A stretch of 59,663 bases of DNA from an uncultured bacterium. Its GTDB lineage: Bacteria > Fidelibacterota > Marinisomatia > Marinisomatales > UBA1611. Below the pieces are notes generated by a model. It was not told the origin of the DNA. It did no database searches and saw only the letters and a list, made by a program, of their open reading frames with translations. Positions 1-8,743 of the stretch are shown one piece after another (the stretch's first letter is position 1; every line of letters begins with the position of its first letter). The stretch covers positions 1 through 59,663 of the forward strand of contig CBFIBM010000012.1 in assembly GCA_965660855.1 (NCBI GenBank), written 5' to 3'. A program made the translations under genes and the position numbers.

Positions 1-2153
1 AAATTCCAAGTAGTCAATCCTTTGAAAATCTAGTAGATGAGCTCACATTGCAAGCTGAATTTATCATCGAGCAAATTCCACCTACTCAATATAGTTTGAT
101 TGCTAGAAGAGATTTTGTTGGGAATCCATATGGGGAAAGGCATCACTTCCAAATCGACATAAGAAATGATGGATCTATATATTTTAGTACGTTGCATAAT
201 CAATATGATTTGCATTCGGCACAAGTTGCAACACCACCAAATTTAATTCAGGAAGGAATCTTATATAATTTGTCAATCACTTTTGATAATGGTGTGATAA
301 ATTTTTATTTAAATGGTGAAAATATTCATAGTGAAGATTTTGGATATAGGGAATTATATCCTAATCAACATTGGGTAAATTTCGGAAGAGTACATAGAGC
401 AGGAGGACAACCATTTTTTGGTGAATTTGCAGGTAATATTAGCAAGGTATCAATTTGGGATTATGAATTATCTCAGGACGAAATTCAGTTGAACATATCT
501 ACGCCTATAAACGGTAGTGAAGCCGGTCTTGTTGGATACTGGGATTTCAATGAAGGAGAAGGTATTACCTTAACGGATTTAAGTAGTAATGGTAATAATG
601 GAACGATTCATGGAGCGACCTGGGAATCTTCCTCTTCCACTGTATTAAGTGGTACTCCAAGTTTATCGGATGGAGGGTTACATGCTATTGTTTTAAGTGC
701 GGATGATGGGAATGGTGGTATTGGCACTCAGAGTTACACCCTTGCAGTAAGTTTACATAGCTTAGAAGTCTCCGGTGAGTCTGGCTTCCGTATGTTCTCC
801 AGTCCCGTATCGGGTTTAATTTATGAGGACCTTTTAGACGAGTTATGGACACAAGGAGCTCTAGGTTCAGACAATCCTAACTCTAATCCAAATATATGGA
901 CGTTCGGGAATGAGTGGAACTCTGTAACAGATTTTAGTGCAGATGCACTAACTGCAGGAAAAGGTTTTTTGATTTATGTATATGCTGATACAGATTTTGA
1001 CGGTGTGGATGATCTTCCCGTTACCATAAGTATCGATGGTCCACAACAGCAATTAGGTATTTCTGTAACGACAGAACCGAGTGAGTGGAACATGATGGGG
1101 AATCCGTATGGTCTTGCTGTAGATATCACTCAAATGGTATCCGATAATGACGGACCATTTAACAAAACGGTGTATGCATTAGACCTTGATAATCCTGGTT
1201 ATAAGTTTCATAATGGTAATATAGGTACGATTGATGATGGAGAGATTAAGCCTTTTGAAGGTTTTTGGATTCAAGCAACTGAAAGTGGAAATACATTCCA
1301 GTTTACAGAACAAAGTATTAAAAAAGGAAGTGTAAGCGCTCCTAGTAGAACGACTACAGATGGTTCTAATGGTCATGCTGTTTTCACCTTTAGCAATGGT
1401 ACGTATAGTAGTTCTACTTATTTATCTTTTACTCCTGAAGGAGAGATTAACTTGGACCCAGCAGATGCAGATCGACTGGTTCCTATGTCTTTAGTAGAAC
1501 ATTTAACAAGCATGATTTATGAGTCGAATAAATCATTAGCGATTAACAATTTACCTCTGGACCTTACTACGGATCTTACGATGGCTATGGATGTGATGAT
1601 GCTTACTCCTGACAATGACAATGGCTATGCGACTCAAGCAGAACAAATTGAATTTAGCTGGGATATATCGAATTTACCTGAAGGGATTACGCTTGGGTTG
1701 ACTGATAATGTGACTGGACAAGCAATACATCTAACGGAAGGTGTATCTACGGGCATTTCTACTGTGAATAAAGGTAGCTTTGAAACAGCTGGAGGTTTTA
1801 TGGGAACTTATCCAGCGGTAGGCGAGTCTCAGTTCACATTAACGGTTTATGGTATTACAACTGCTGCTATAAATGACGAAATCCTTCCGGAGCGTGTTAC
1901 CTTAAATGGAGCATATCCAAATCCATTTAATCCAAGTACAGTTATTAGTTTTGATCTAAAGGATGCGGATATGGTCTCTTTAGATATATTTGACGTTACT
2001 GGAAGACAGGTTGCGACACTGGTCCATGAATATATGGTGCCAGGTAATCATCAGGTAAGTTGGAACCCTGGGAATCTTTCTTCTGGATTGTATTTGGTGA
2101 ATCTGGTCGTTGGAATAGAAACATTTAATCAAAAAATAACGTATATTAAATAG
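1..2153 (+). CDS. Large secreted protein, 5'-truncated: LamG-like jellyroll, Ig-like segment, C-terminal FlgD-Ig/T9SS type A-like sorting domain
   Basis: Frame is open from position 3 (IPSSQSFENLVDELTLQ...), so the TTG at 48 is not the real start. Motifs LVGYWDFNEGEG..DLSSNGNNGTIHGATW (LamG end) and YPNPFNPST...DVTGRQV...LSSGLY (C-terminal tag). Confidence 0.8.
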   Translation, partial: IPSSQSFENLVDELTLQAEFIIEQIPPTQYSLIARRDFVGNPYGERHHFQIDIRNDGSIYFSTLHNQYDLHSAQVATPPNLIQEGILYNLSITFDNGVINFYLNGENIHSEDFGYRELYPNQHWVNFGRVHRAGGQPFFGEFAGNISKVSIWDYELSQDEIQLNISTPINGSEAGLVGYWDFNEGEGITLTDLSSNGNNGTIHGATWESSSSTVLSGTPSLSDGGLHAIVLSADDGNGGIGTQSYTLAVSLHSLEVSGESGFRMFSSPVSGLIYEDLLDELWTQGALGSDNPNSNPNIWTFGNEWNSVTDFSADALTAGKGFLIYVYADTDFDGVDDLPVTISIDGPQQQLGISVTTEPSEWNMMGNPYGLAVDITQMVSDNDGPFNKTVYALDLDNPGYKFHNGNIGTIDDGEIKPFEGFWIQATESGNTFQFTEQSIKKGSVSAPSRTTTDGSNGHAVFTFSNGTYSSSTYLSFTPEGEINLDPADADRLVPMSLVEHLTSMIYESNKSLAINNLPLDLTTDLTMAMDVMMLTPDNDNGYATQAEQIEFSWDISNLPEGITLGLTDNVTGQAIHLTEGVSTGISTVNKGSFETAGGFMGTYPAVGESQFTLTVYGITTAAINDEILPERVTLNGAYPNPFNPSTVISFDLKDADMVSLDIFDVTGRQVATLVHEYMVPGNHQVSWNPGNLSSGLYLVNLVVGIETFNQKITYIK

Positions 2154-2159
2154 GAAAAT

Positions 2160-2336
2160 ATGATGAATAAGAAACTTATTACTCTCTTGGTTGTTGCATT
2201 CAGCATGCTGACCATTGTTCTTGCTCAGGATCCGCCTGCGCTACCGACACCTCCTAATCAAGGTCCTATAGGTGGCATGGTTTGGTTGGCATTTGGTGGT
2301 CTTCTTCTAGCAGTGAAAAAGTATTTTAATAAATAA
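2160..2336 (+). CDS. 58-aa small protein: signal peptide, Pro-rich linker, PID-CTERM-like transmembrane/basic tail (absent from the ORF track)
   Basis: Hand translation MMNKKLITLLVVAFSMLTIVLAQDPPALPTPPNQGPIGGMVWLAFGGLLLAVKKYFNK*; AGGA upstream of the ATG; fills the intergenic gap. Confidence 0.75.
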   Translation: MMNKKLITLLVVAFSMLTIVLAQDPPALPTPPNQGPIGGMVWLAFGGLLLAVKKYFNK

Positions 2337-2360
2337 TATTATCGTAATAAAGGTATAGCT

Positions 2361-2804
2361 ATGAAAAAAATATATATAATCTCTATCTTCGCAATGGGTA
2401 TGCTATATGCTCAAGATGAAGAATTAGATCTTGATGCAATGTGGGACAACACAGTCTGGAACGAAATTGAAGAAGTTACTACTAAAGAATATGAAGTAGA
2501 AAAAGTCACGACGGTTGCTGGGGTGCGTGGAGCAGAAGCTGAGGATGAGGCTCTTCATCATTTGTACTACAGGCAATCAATGAAAGGGCCAAGTGAAATT
2601 CAGCTCAATAAAGCCTTGGGTAAACTTTTAAACACATTAACTGTATTAAAAGAAAAAAACCCAGAAAATAAAAAGATTCCAGAGGTAACTCACTATGTAA
2701 TTCAAATTTATAAAAAATTAAATAATAAAGCGAAAGCAAGTGAGCTAGAAACAGAACTGCTAGCTTCCGCACCAGATTCTAAGTGGGCAAAATTTTATAA
2801 ATAA
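2361..2804 (+). CDS. Hypothetical secreted protein with acidic N-terminus, TTVAGVRG motif and TPR-like helical C-terminus
   Basis: Signal peptide MKKIYIISIFAMGMLYA; AAGGT RBS; followed by a terminator. Confidence 0.7.
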   Translation: MKKIYIISIFAMGMLYAQDEELDLDAMWDNTVWNEIEEVTTKEYEVEKVTTVAGVRGAEAEDEALHHLYYRQSMKGPSEIQLNKALGKLLNTLTVLKEKNPENKKIPEVTHYVIQIYKKLNNKAKASELETELLASAPDSKWAKFYK

Positions 2805-2830
2805 TAAGTAACAAATTTTAATACCAATCT

Positions 2831-2858
2831 AAAGGGGTTTTTTCAAACCCCTTTTTTT
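2831..2858 (+). terminator. Rho-independent terminator
   Basis: AAAGGGGTTT-TTTC-AAACCCCTTT hairpin followed by a T run. Confidence 0.85.
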
Positions 2859-2873
2859 ATCAGGAAATAATAA

Positions 2874-3758
2874 ATGAAAGATATAACATTACTTGTAATG
2901 GCAGCAGGAATGGGTTCAAGATACGGTGGGTTAAAGCAATTAGAGCCAATTGGTCCTCATGGTGAAACTATTATTGACTATTCTATATATGATGCAATAG
3001 AAGCAGAATTCTCTAAAGTTGTATTTATTATTAGAAAGGATTTTGAAAATTTATTCAAAGAGAAAATCTCTGATAAATTTTCAGATAGAATAAAAATTGA
3101 ATTTGCCTTTCAAGATATTAACCATCTACCAAAAGATTTTTCTTGTCCAAGCAATAGACTAAAACCATGGGGTACAGGGCATGCTATCCTTTCAGCAGAA
3201 GAGTTAATTAATGAACCCTTTGTTGTTATAAATGGTGATGACTTCTATGGAAGAAAAACATTTAAAGTTGTAGCAGATTATTATCAAGAAGAATCGAGAA
3301 AGTTTTCAATGGTTTCATTTCGTTTGGATAATACACTATCTTCAAATGGTTCTGTAAGTCGAGGTCTTTGTACCGTGATTGATCAAGAGCTAAGAACTGT
3401 TGTTGAGACACACGGATTAGAGGTTGCTAAGGATAGAATAATTTCTGATAATAAAGAGTTCGTTTTCGATGGAAGCGAGAAGGTTTCTATGAATGTTTGG
3501 GGATTTACACCTAGTTTATTTAAATACTTGAATGAGATGTTTATTGACTTTCTTAAACATGAAGGAAATGAGTTAAAAAGTGAATTTTTGATTCCGACAG
3601 TGGTAAATAATTTGATTCAATCAAAAAAAGAAACAGTTCATGTTTTAAATAGTGATGAAAATTGGTTTGGTGTAACCTATAAGGAAGATCATCCTTCTGT
3701 TGTAGTAAAAATTAAAGATCTGATTTCTCATGGAGTATACCCTCAAAGATTATTTTAA
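2874..3758 (+). CDS. Sugar-phosphate nucleotidyltransferase family protein
   Basis: MAAGMGSRYGGLKQ, KPWGTGHA, INGDDFYG motifs. Confidence 0.85.
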   Translation: MKDITLLVMAAGMGSRYGGLKQLEPIGPHGETIIDYSIYDAIEAEFSKVVFIIRKDFENLFKEKISDKFSDRIKIEFAFQDINHLPKDFSCPSNRLKPWGTGHAILSAEELINEPFVVINGDDFYGRKTFKVVADYYQEESRKFSMVSFRLDNTLSSNGSVSRGLCTVIDQELRTVVETHGLEVAKDRIISDNKEFVFDGSEKVSMNVWGFTPSLFKYLNEMFIDFLKHEGNELKSEFLIPTVVNNLIQSKKETVHVLNSDENWFGVTYKEDHPSVVVKIKDLISHGVYPQRLF

Positions 3759-3787
3759 ATCAATTTTCATTTCTATTTGATTAATAA

Positions 3788-4615
3788 ATGAAAATATCTG
3801 TAATAATACCAACATTTAACAGATCTAAAATGATTGGCAGGGCTATAAATTCAATTTTAAAGCAAACCTATAAACCTTATGAAATAATAATTGTGGATGA
3901 TGGTTCAACTGATGAAACAAAACACTTCATTCACGATGAATATCCAACAATTAAATACTTCTGTCAATCAAGAAGCGGTGTGAGTAAAGCTAGAAATAGA
4001 GGCATAGTAGAATCTAAGGGGGATTGGATAGCTTTTTTGGATTCGGATGATGAATGGCTTCCAAATAAATTAGAAAAACAAAAAGAAAATTTGAAACAAA
4101 ACCCTACTATCCTTGTCTCTCATACAAACGAAATTTGGATTAGAAATGGAGTTCGTGTTAATCAAATGAAGAAACATCAAAAATATGGTGGTTATATTTT
4201 TGATAAATGTCTTGAATTTTGTCGCATGTCTCCATCTTCAATCATGATACATAGAAACGTTTTTGAGAGTATTGGAAATTTTGATGAGGATCTTTCGGTA
4301 TGTGAAGATTATGATTTATGGATTAGAGTTGCATCAAAATATCATGTAACATATTTAGAAACCCCTTTCATAAAAAAGTATGGAGGCCATAAAGATCAGT
4401 TGTCGAAAGTTGAAAATGGTATTGAACATTTTAGGATACAATCATTGGAAAAAATTTTAGCATCAAAAATGTTAACAAAAGAACAAACTACTGATGCTAA
4501 AGAAGTCTTATTGAAGAAACTTTCCATATATTCAAATGGATTAAAAAAACGTAATAAATTAGAAGAATTAGCATTGGTGAAAAAAAAGATTCTAAATTGG
4601 ACTATTACCTTATAA
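3788..4615 (+). CDS. Glycosyltransferase family 2
   Basis: ISVIIPTFNR, VDDGSTD, FLDSDD, EDYDLW motifs. Confidence 0.9.
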   Translation: MKISVIIPTFNRSKMIGRAINSILKQTYKPYEIIIVDDGSTDETKHFIHDEYPTIKYFCQSRSGVSKARNRGIVESKGDWIAFLDSDDEWLPNKLEKQKENLKQNPTILVSHTNEIWIRNGVRVNQMKKHQKYGGYIFDKCLEFCRMSPSSIMIHRNVFESIGNFDEDLSVCEDYDLWIRVASKYHVTYLETPFIKKYGGHKDQLSKVENGIEHFRIQSLEKILASKMLTKEQTTDAKEVLLKKLSIYSNGLKKRNKLEELALVKKKILNWTITL

Positions 4616-4694
4616 ATAATCTATATTATAGATCGATATTATAACAAATTGCTTAATTAAAGCTGTTTGTTCTAAAAAGTACCATGGAGAACGT

Positions 4695-7600
4695 ATGAGA
4701 CCAATACTAAAAGCATTAATTAGCGCTTTTTTATTTTCACCTATTGCCTTACTGGCTGAGTGGGTTTCCATAAGTTCAGATGAACCAGCAAAATCACAAT
4801 GGTTTGTAAATGAGACTGTAGATAATGAGATTCAGGTAGAGTTCATATTACATGGCTACAACATAGAAAAAATGAAGAATGGAAAGAAAAAGATTTCATT
4901 TCCCGGGAGTGTACCTATGCTTGAGAATGGAGCTCCTGATTTACCTTTGAATGCCAAATCCATAATTATTCCAAATTTATTAAACATGAAGTTTTCAATC
5001 ATTGAGGCGGAATATATTGATATAGAAATTGAAAATATAATTTCTTCTAAAGGAAATATTACTAGGGATATTGATCCGAATTCGATCCCTCATACTTATG
5101 GTGATGCATACGAAAAAGATGAATGGTACCCCAAAGAAATAGTATACATGAGAGAACCTTATATAATGCGTTCTACAAGGGGTCAGGCAATTGTAATGCA
5201 GCCGGTTCAGTATAATCCAATACAAAAGGTAGCGAGAATATATTTTAAGATTATTATAAAAGTTGAACCGGATCAAAACAACCCGATTAATCCATTATTG
5301 GTTATTCCTTCTAAATCCGGTTCTCGAGAGTTTGAACAGATGTATAAAGATCATTTCATTAATTACAATATGACGGACAGGTATGATATATTAACAGAGC
5401 AGGGATCAATGTTAGTAATAAGTCATGGTGATTTTATTGAAGAAATGCAGACTTTTGTCGATTGGAAAAATTACAAAGGTATACCAACAGAAATAATTGA
5501 TGTTGCAGAAATTGGTGATGTAGATCAGATGGCTCAATATATTTCAGATCATTATTATGCTAATGGAACGGCTTTTGTCCTATTAGTAGGAGATATCGGC
5601 CAAATTGAGTCAATCCGAAGATCTGATGGTGCAGGTTCAAATAGTCCTTCAGATAATACATTTTCTTTTGTTGCCGGTAATGACTATTACCCTGATTTGA
5701 TAATTGGAAGATTTTCAGGTGAGAATACTGGGCATATTCAAACGATGGTAAATAGAACTATATTATATGAAATGAATCCTAATCTTAATTCTAATTGGTT
5801 TAAAAAAGGTAGCGGGTTTGCATCTAATCAGGGACCCGGAGATGATAATGAAACTGATCTAGAACATTTAAATAATATTAGAGACTTATTACTGGATTAT
5901 ACCTACATAGAAATAGATCAAGTGTACGATCCTAGTGGCACAGTTGCAGATGGAGAAGCTGCAATTAATGATGGGAGATCTCTAATTAATTACACCGGTC
6001 ACGGATCCAATAGTTCATGGGGTAATGGTTGCCCAATGAATAGTACTGATGTTGATGGTCTTGAAAATACAGGTAAATGGCCTTTTATATGGTCAGTTGC
6101 ATGTGTAAATGGTGAATTTCATTTAGGGACTTGTTTTGCAGAAACTTGGTTAAGAGCAACAGATTCTGAAGGTAACCCCACTGGAGCAATCGGTACTCTG
6201 ATGTCTACGGTCAACCAAGGATGGAATCCTCCAATGGAAGGGCAAGACGAAATGAATGCCATTTTTGTTGAATCCTACTCAGAAAATATTAAGAGAACAT
6301 TTGGTGGTATATCATTTAATGGAATGAATAAAATGAATGATAGTTATGGTTCTGCAGGATATGATGAGACATTTTACTGGACACTTTTTGGAGATCCTTC
6401 AGTTGTACTTAGATCTGATACCCCATCAGAAATGACTGTGTCTCATGATGATGTGCTTATCATCGGTGCAACAGAGATGACGTTTAATACAGATCAGAGT
6501 GGTGCTTTAGTCGCAGTTTCTAAAGATGATATACTTCTAGCTTCGACCTATACAGATGCTTCTGGTTTTGCGATTCTTGCTTTTGAAAATGAAATTGAAG
6601 TTCCTGGAGAATTAAATATTGTTGTTACAGCATACAATAAGTTACCGTATGAAACTTCAATTAATGCAATTGCACCTGAGGGTGCATATATTTTGATGAA
6701 TAATTTATCAATTATTAATTCCTTGGAAGAAGATCAATTGATATTTGGTGGACAAGCTCAAATTTATGTAACAATTCAAAATGTGGGGCAAGATACATCC
6801 TCTACGTTAACAGTTACACTTGATAACAGCGATGGCTCATTCAATATTTTGAATAATGGAATAATCGTTGAAACTATGTTTCCGGACACCGAAACAATTG
6901 TTGGGCCTTTTGGTATAGAAGTGAATTGGAATATTGAAAATGGATCAGAGGCAGAACTACAATTTTCAATTGAAGATGAATCCCATGCATGGGACTATTC
7001 AACAACTAGAACTGTATTCTCTCCTGATTTTCAAACGGATATGTTGAATATATTCGATGGTGGTAATGGTATTTTTGATCCAGGTGAAACCGTGTTTTTA
7101 GAGATCTCTTTGAAGAATATAGGTGGCGCTTCACTAATGAATCCAAATTTTAGTATTACATCATCTGATCCATATATTATTTTTAGTGACCCAGTTTATG
7201 ATGATCAAATAATCTGGAATAACATTCCAGGAGAAAGTAATATAATGACTTTGAGTATAGAGGTTTCAGCTTCATTAGAAACTCCAATAGGACATACTGC
7301 AATAGCTGGACTTATCATTGGGTCAAACGGTACAAATTATCAACATATATATTCTCTCCCTGTAACAATAGGGTTAATGACAGAAGGATTTGAAACTGGA
7401 AATTTTTCATCCTACGCATGGGAACATTCAGGCAACTCTGATTGGACTACTAATGCAGATTCATACGTAGGAAATTTTTCTGCCATGTCTGGTGATATTG
7501 GCCATAATCAAAGTTCAGAACTTTCGATTGATATGAATATAATTTATGGTGGTGAATTAACTTTTTGGGCAAAAACATCCTCAGAATCTGGTGACTATTT

Positions 7601-7985
7601 AGAATTTTATATTGATGATCAACCTCAGAATTTAATGATTGGTGGAGATACTGATTGGAATGAGTATAGTGTTATTTTACCAATGGGTGAACACTCATTG
7701 CGCTGGGCATACATTAAAGATGAAGCAACAAGTTATGGACAAGATTGTGCTTGGCTCGATGGAATTGAATTTCCTGTGGGTGCAGTTCCTCCTCTAAATA
7801 TTAATTTTGGTGATGTGAATAATGATAACATTGTTAACGTGCTAGATGTAATTGTTACAGTAAACTATCTAATTGGTTATCTTGAGTTTGATCAGGAGCA
7901 GACACAAAATGCTGATATGAATTTAGATGGCACAGTTTCAATCAATGATATTCTTATGATAGTAGAAAGTGTTCTGGCTGAATAA
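4695..7985 (+). CDS. Gingipain-type cysteine peptidase (C25) with propeptide, Ig-like domains and C-terminal dockerin type I-like domain
   Basis: Signal peptide; VLLVGD, NYTGHG (His), SVACVNG (Cys), LFGDP; C-terminal GDVNNDNIVNVLD...ADMNLDGTVSINDI duplicated Ca loop. Confidence 0.9.
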   Translation: MRPILKALISAFLFSPIALLAEWVSISSDEPAKSQWFVNETVDNEIQVEFILHGYNIEKMKNGKKKISFPGSVPMLENGAPDLPLNAKSIIIPNLLNMKFSIIEAEYIDIEIENIISSKGNITRDIDPNSIPHTYGDAYEKDEWYPKEIVYMREPYIMRSTRGQAIVMQPVQYNPIQKVARIYFKIIIKVEPDQNNPINPLLVIPSKSGSREFEQMYKDHFINYNMTDRYDILTEQGSMLVISHGDFIEEMQTFVDWKNYKGIPTEIIDVAEIGDVDQMAQYISDHYYANGTAFVLLVGDIGQIESIRRSDGAGSNSPSDNTFSFVAGNDYYPDLIIGRFSGENTGHIQTMVNRTILYEMNPNLNSNWFKKGSGFASNQGPGDDNETDLEHLNNIRDLLLDYTYIEIDQVYDPSGTVADGEAAINDGRSLINYTGHGSNSSWGNGCPMNSTDVDGLENTGKWPFIWSVACVNGEFHLGTCFAETWLRATDSEGNPTGAIGTLMSTVNQGWNPPMEGQDEMNAIFVESYSENIKRTFGGISFNGMNKMNDSYGSAGYDETFYWTLFGDPSVVLRSDTPSEMTVSHDDVLIIGATEMTFNTDQSGALVAVSKDDILLASTYTDASGFAILAFENEIEVPGELNIVVTAYNKLPYETSINAIAPEGAYILMNNLSIINSLEEDQLIFGGQAQIYVTIQNVGQDTSSTLTVTLDNSDGSFNILNNGIIVETMFPDTETIVGPFGIEVNWNIENGSEAELQFSIEDESHAWDYSTTRTVFSPDFQTDMLNIFDGGNGIFDPGETVFLEISLKNIGGASLMNPNFSITSSDPYIIFSDPVYDDQIIWNNIPGESNIMTLSIEVSASLETPIGHTAIAGLIIGSNGTNYQHIYSLPVTIGLMTEGFETGNFSSYAWEHSGNSDWTTNADSYVGNFSAMSGDIGHNQSSELSIDMNIIYGGELTFWAKTSSESGDYLEFYIDDQPQNLMIGGDTDWNEYSVILPMGEHSLRWAYIKDEATSYGQDCAWLDGIEFPVGAVPPLNINFGDVNNDNIVNVLDVIVTVNYLIGYLEFDQEQTQNADMNLDGTVSINDILMIVESVLAE

Positions 7986-8035
7986 AGTTTATTAAAAGCT
8001 ATACTTCCTCACTTGCCTATATCTCATACTGATAA

Positions 8036-8710
8036 TTGAATGAAACACTAACAACGACTTCAGTATTTTTATTGGGCTGTTTGCATTCTTTTGAACCGGG
8101 ACATGGGAAGACCTTTTTACTTGCATACAGCGTTGGTGGGCAATTGAATTTTAGGAAAATTTTACTTCTGACATTCAGCTTGTTAATCTCTCATTTTTTA
8201 GTTTTAAGTATTATTTCATTAATATTTAATATGTTGATAACTGAGTTTAAAGAAAGTCTTGTTCATGAATTTTCACATTTAATTGCACCAGTTTTTATCC
8301 TGATATTTGGTTTTTTTGTTTTTGGAAGAGCAATGTATAAAAAGAATCACCATCACTCAGATGATTGTGGTCATCAGCATGGGAAAATCCCTAAATCAAA
8401 AATGGAAAGTCCAATAACTGTTGGGTTGTTAACTGGAATGCTTCCTTGTGCTTCCTCTTTAGCTGTTGTTATGATGACAGGAATGAATATTTCATTTATT
8501 TCTATCCTTAACTTTATCTTTATATATGTATTGGGGATTGCATTTGTATTATTTTCCATCGTAGTGACTTTTAATTATACTAAAAATATTTTCACACAAC
8601 GTTTTGGTAATTTTTCAAAACGATTGAACCCTGAACTTTTAAGTGGTTCTTTGATTATTTTTGTGGGTTTATTCTATCTAAGTCATAATTGGTTTGGACA
8701 CAGCCACTGA
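8036..8710 (+). CDS. Ni/Co transporter, RcnA/NicO-like membrane protein
   Basis: LGCLHSFEPGHGKT motif, His-rich loop HHHSDDCGHQH, GMLPCAS motif. Confidence 0.8.
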   Translation: MNETLTTTSVFLLGCLHSFEPGHGKTFLLAYSVGGQLNFRKILLLTFSLLISHFLVLSIISLIFNMLITEFKESLVHEFSHLIAPVFILIFGFFVFGRAMYKKNHHHSDDCGHQHGKIPKSKMESPITVGLLTGMLPCASSLAVVMMTGMNISFISILNFIFIYVLGIAFVLFSIVVTFNYTKNIFTQRFGNFSKRLNPELLSGSLIIFVGLFYLSHNWFGHSH

Positions 8711-8743
8711 TAATTTATTTTAAAGTTTTAAATAAAGACTTGT

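Noticed and set aside
1..2340. Visibly higher GC at the window ends (also 58.6-59.6 kb) as horizontal transfer
   Set aside because: Explainable by Gly/Ala/Asp/Thr-rich secreted proteins; no mobility signatures; not quantified.
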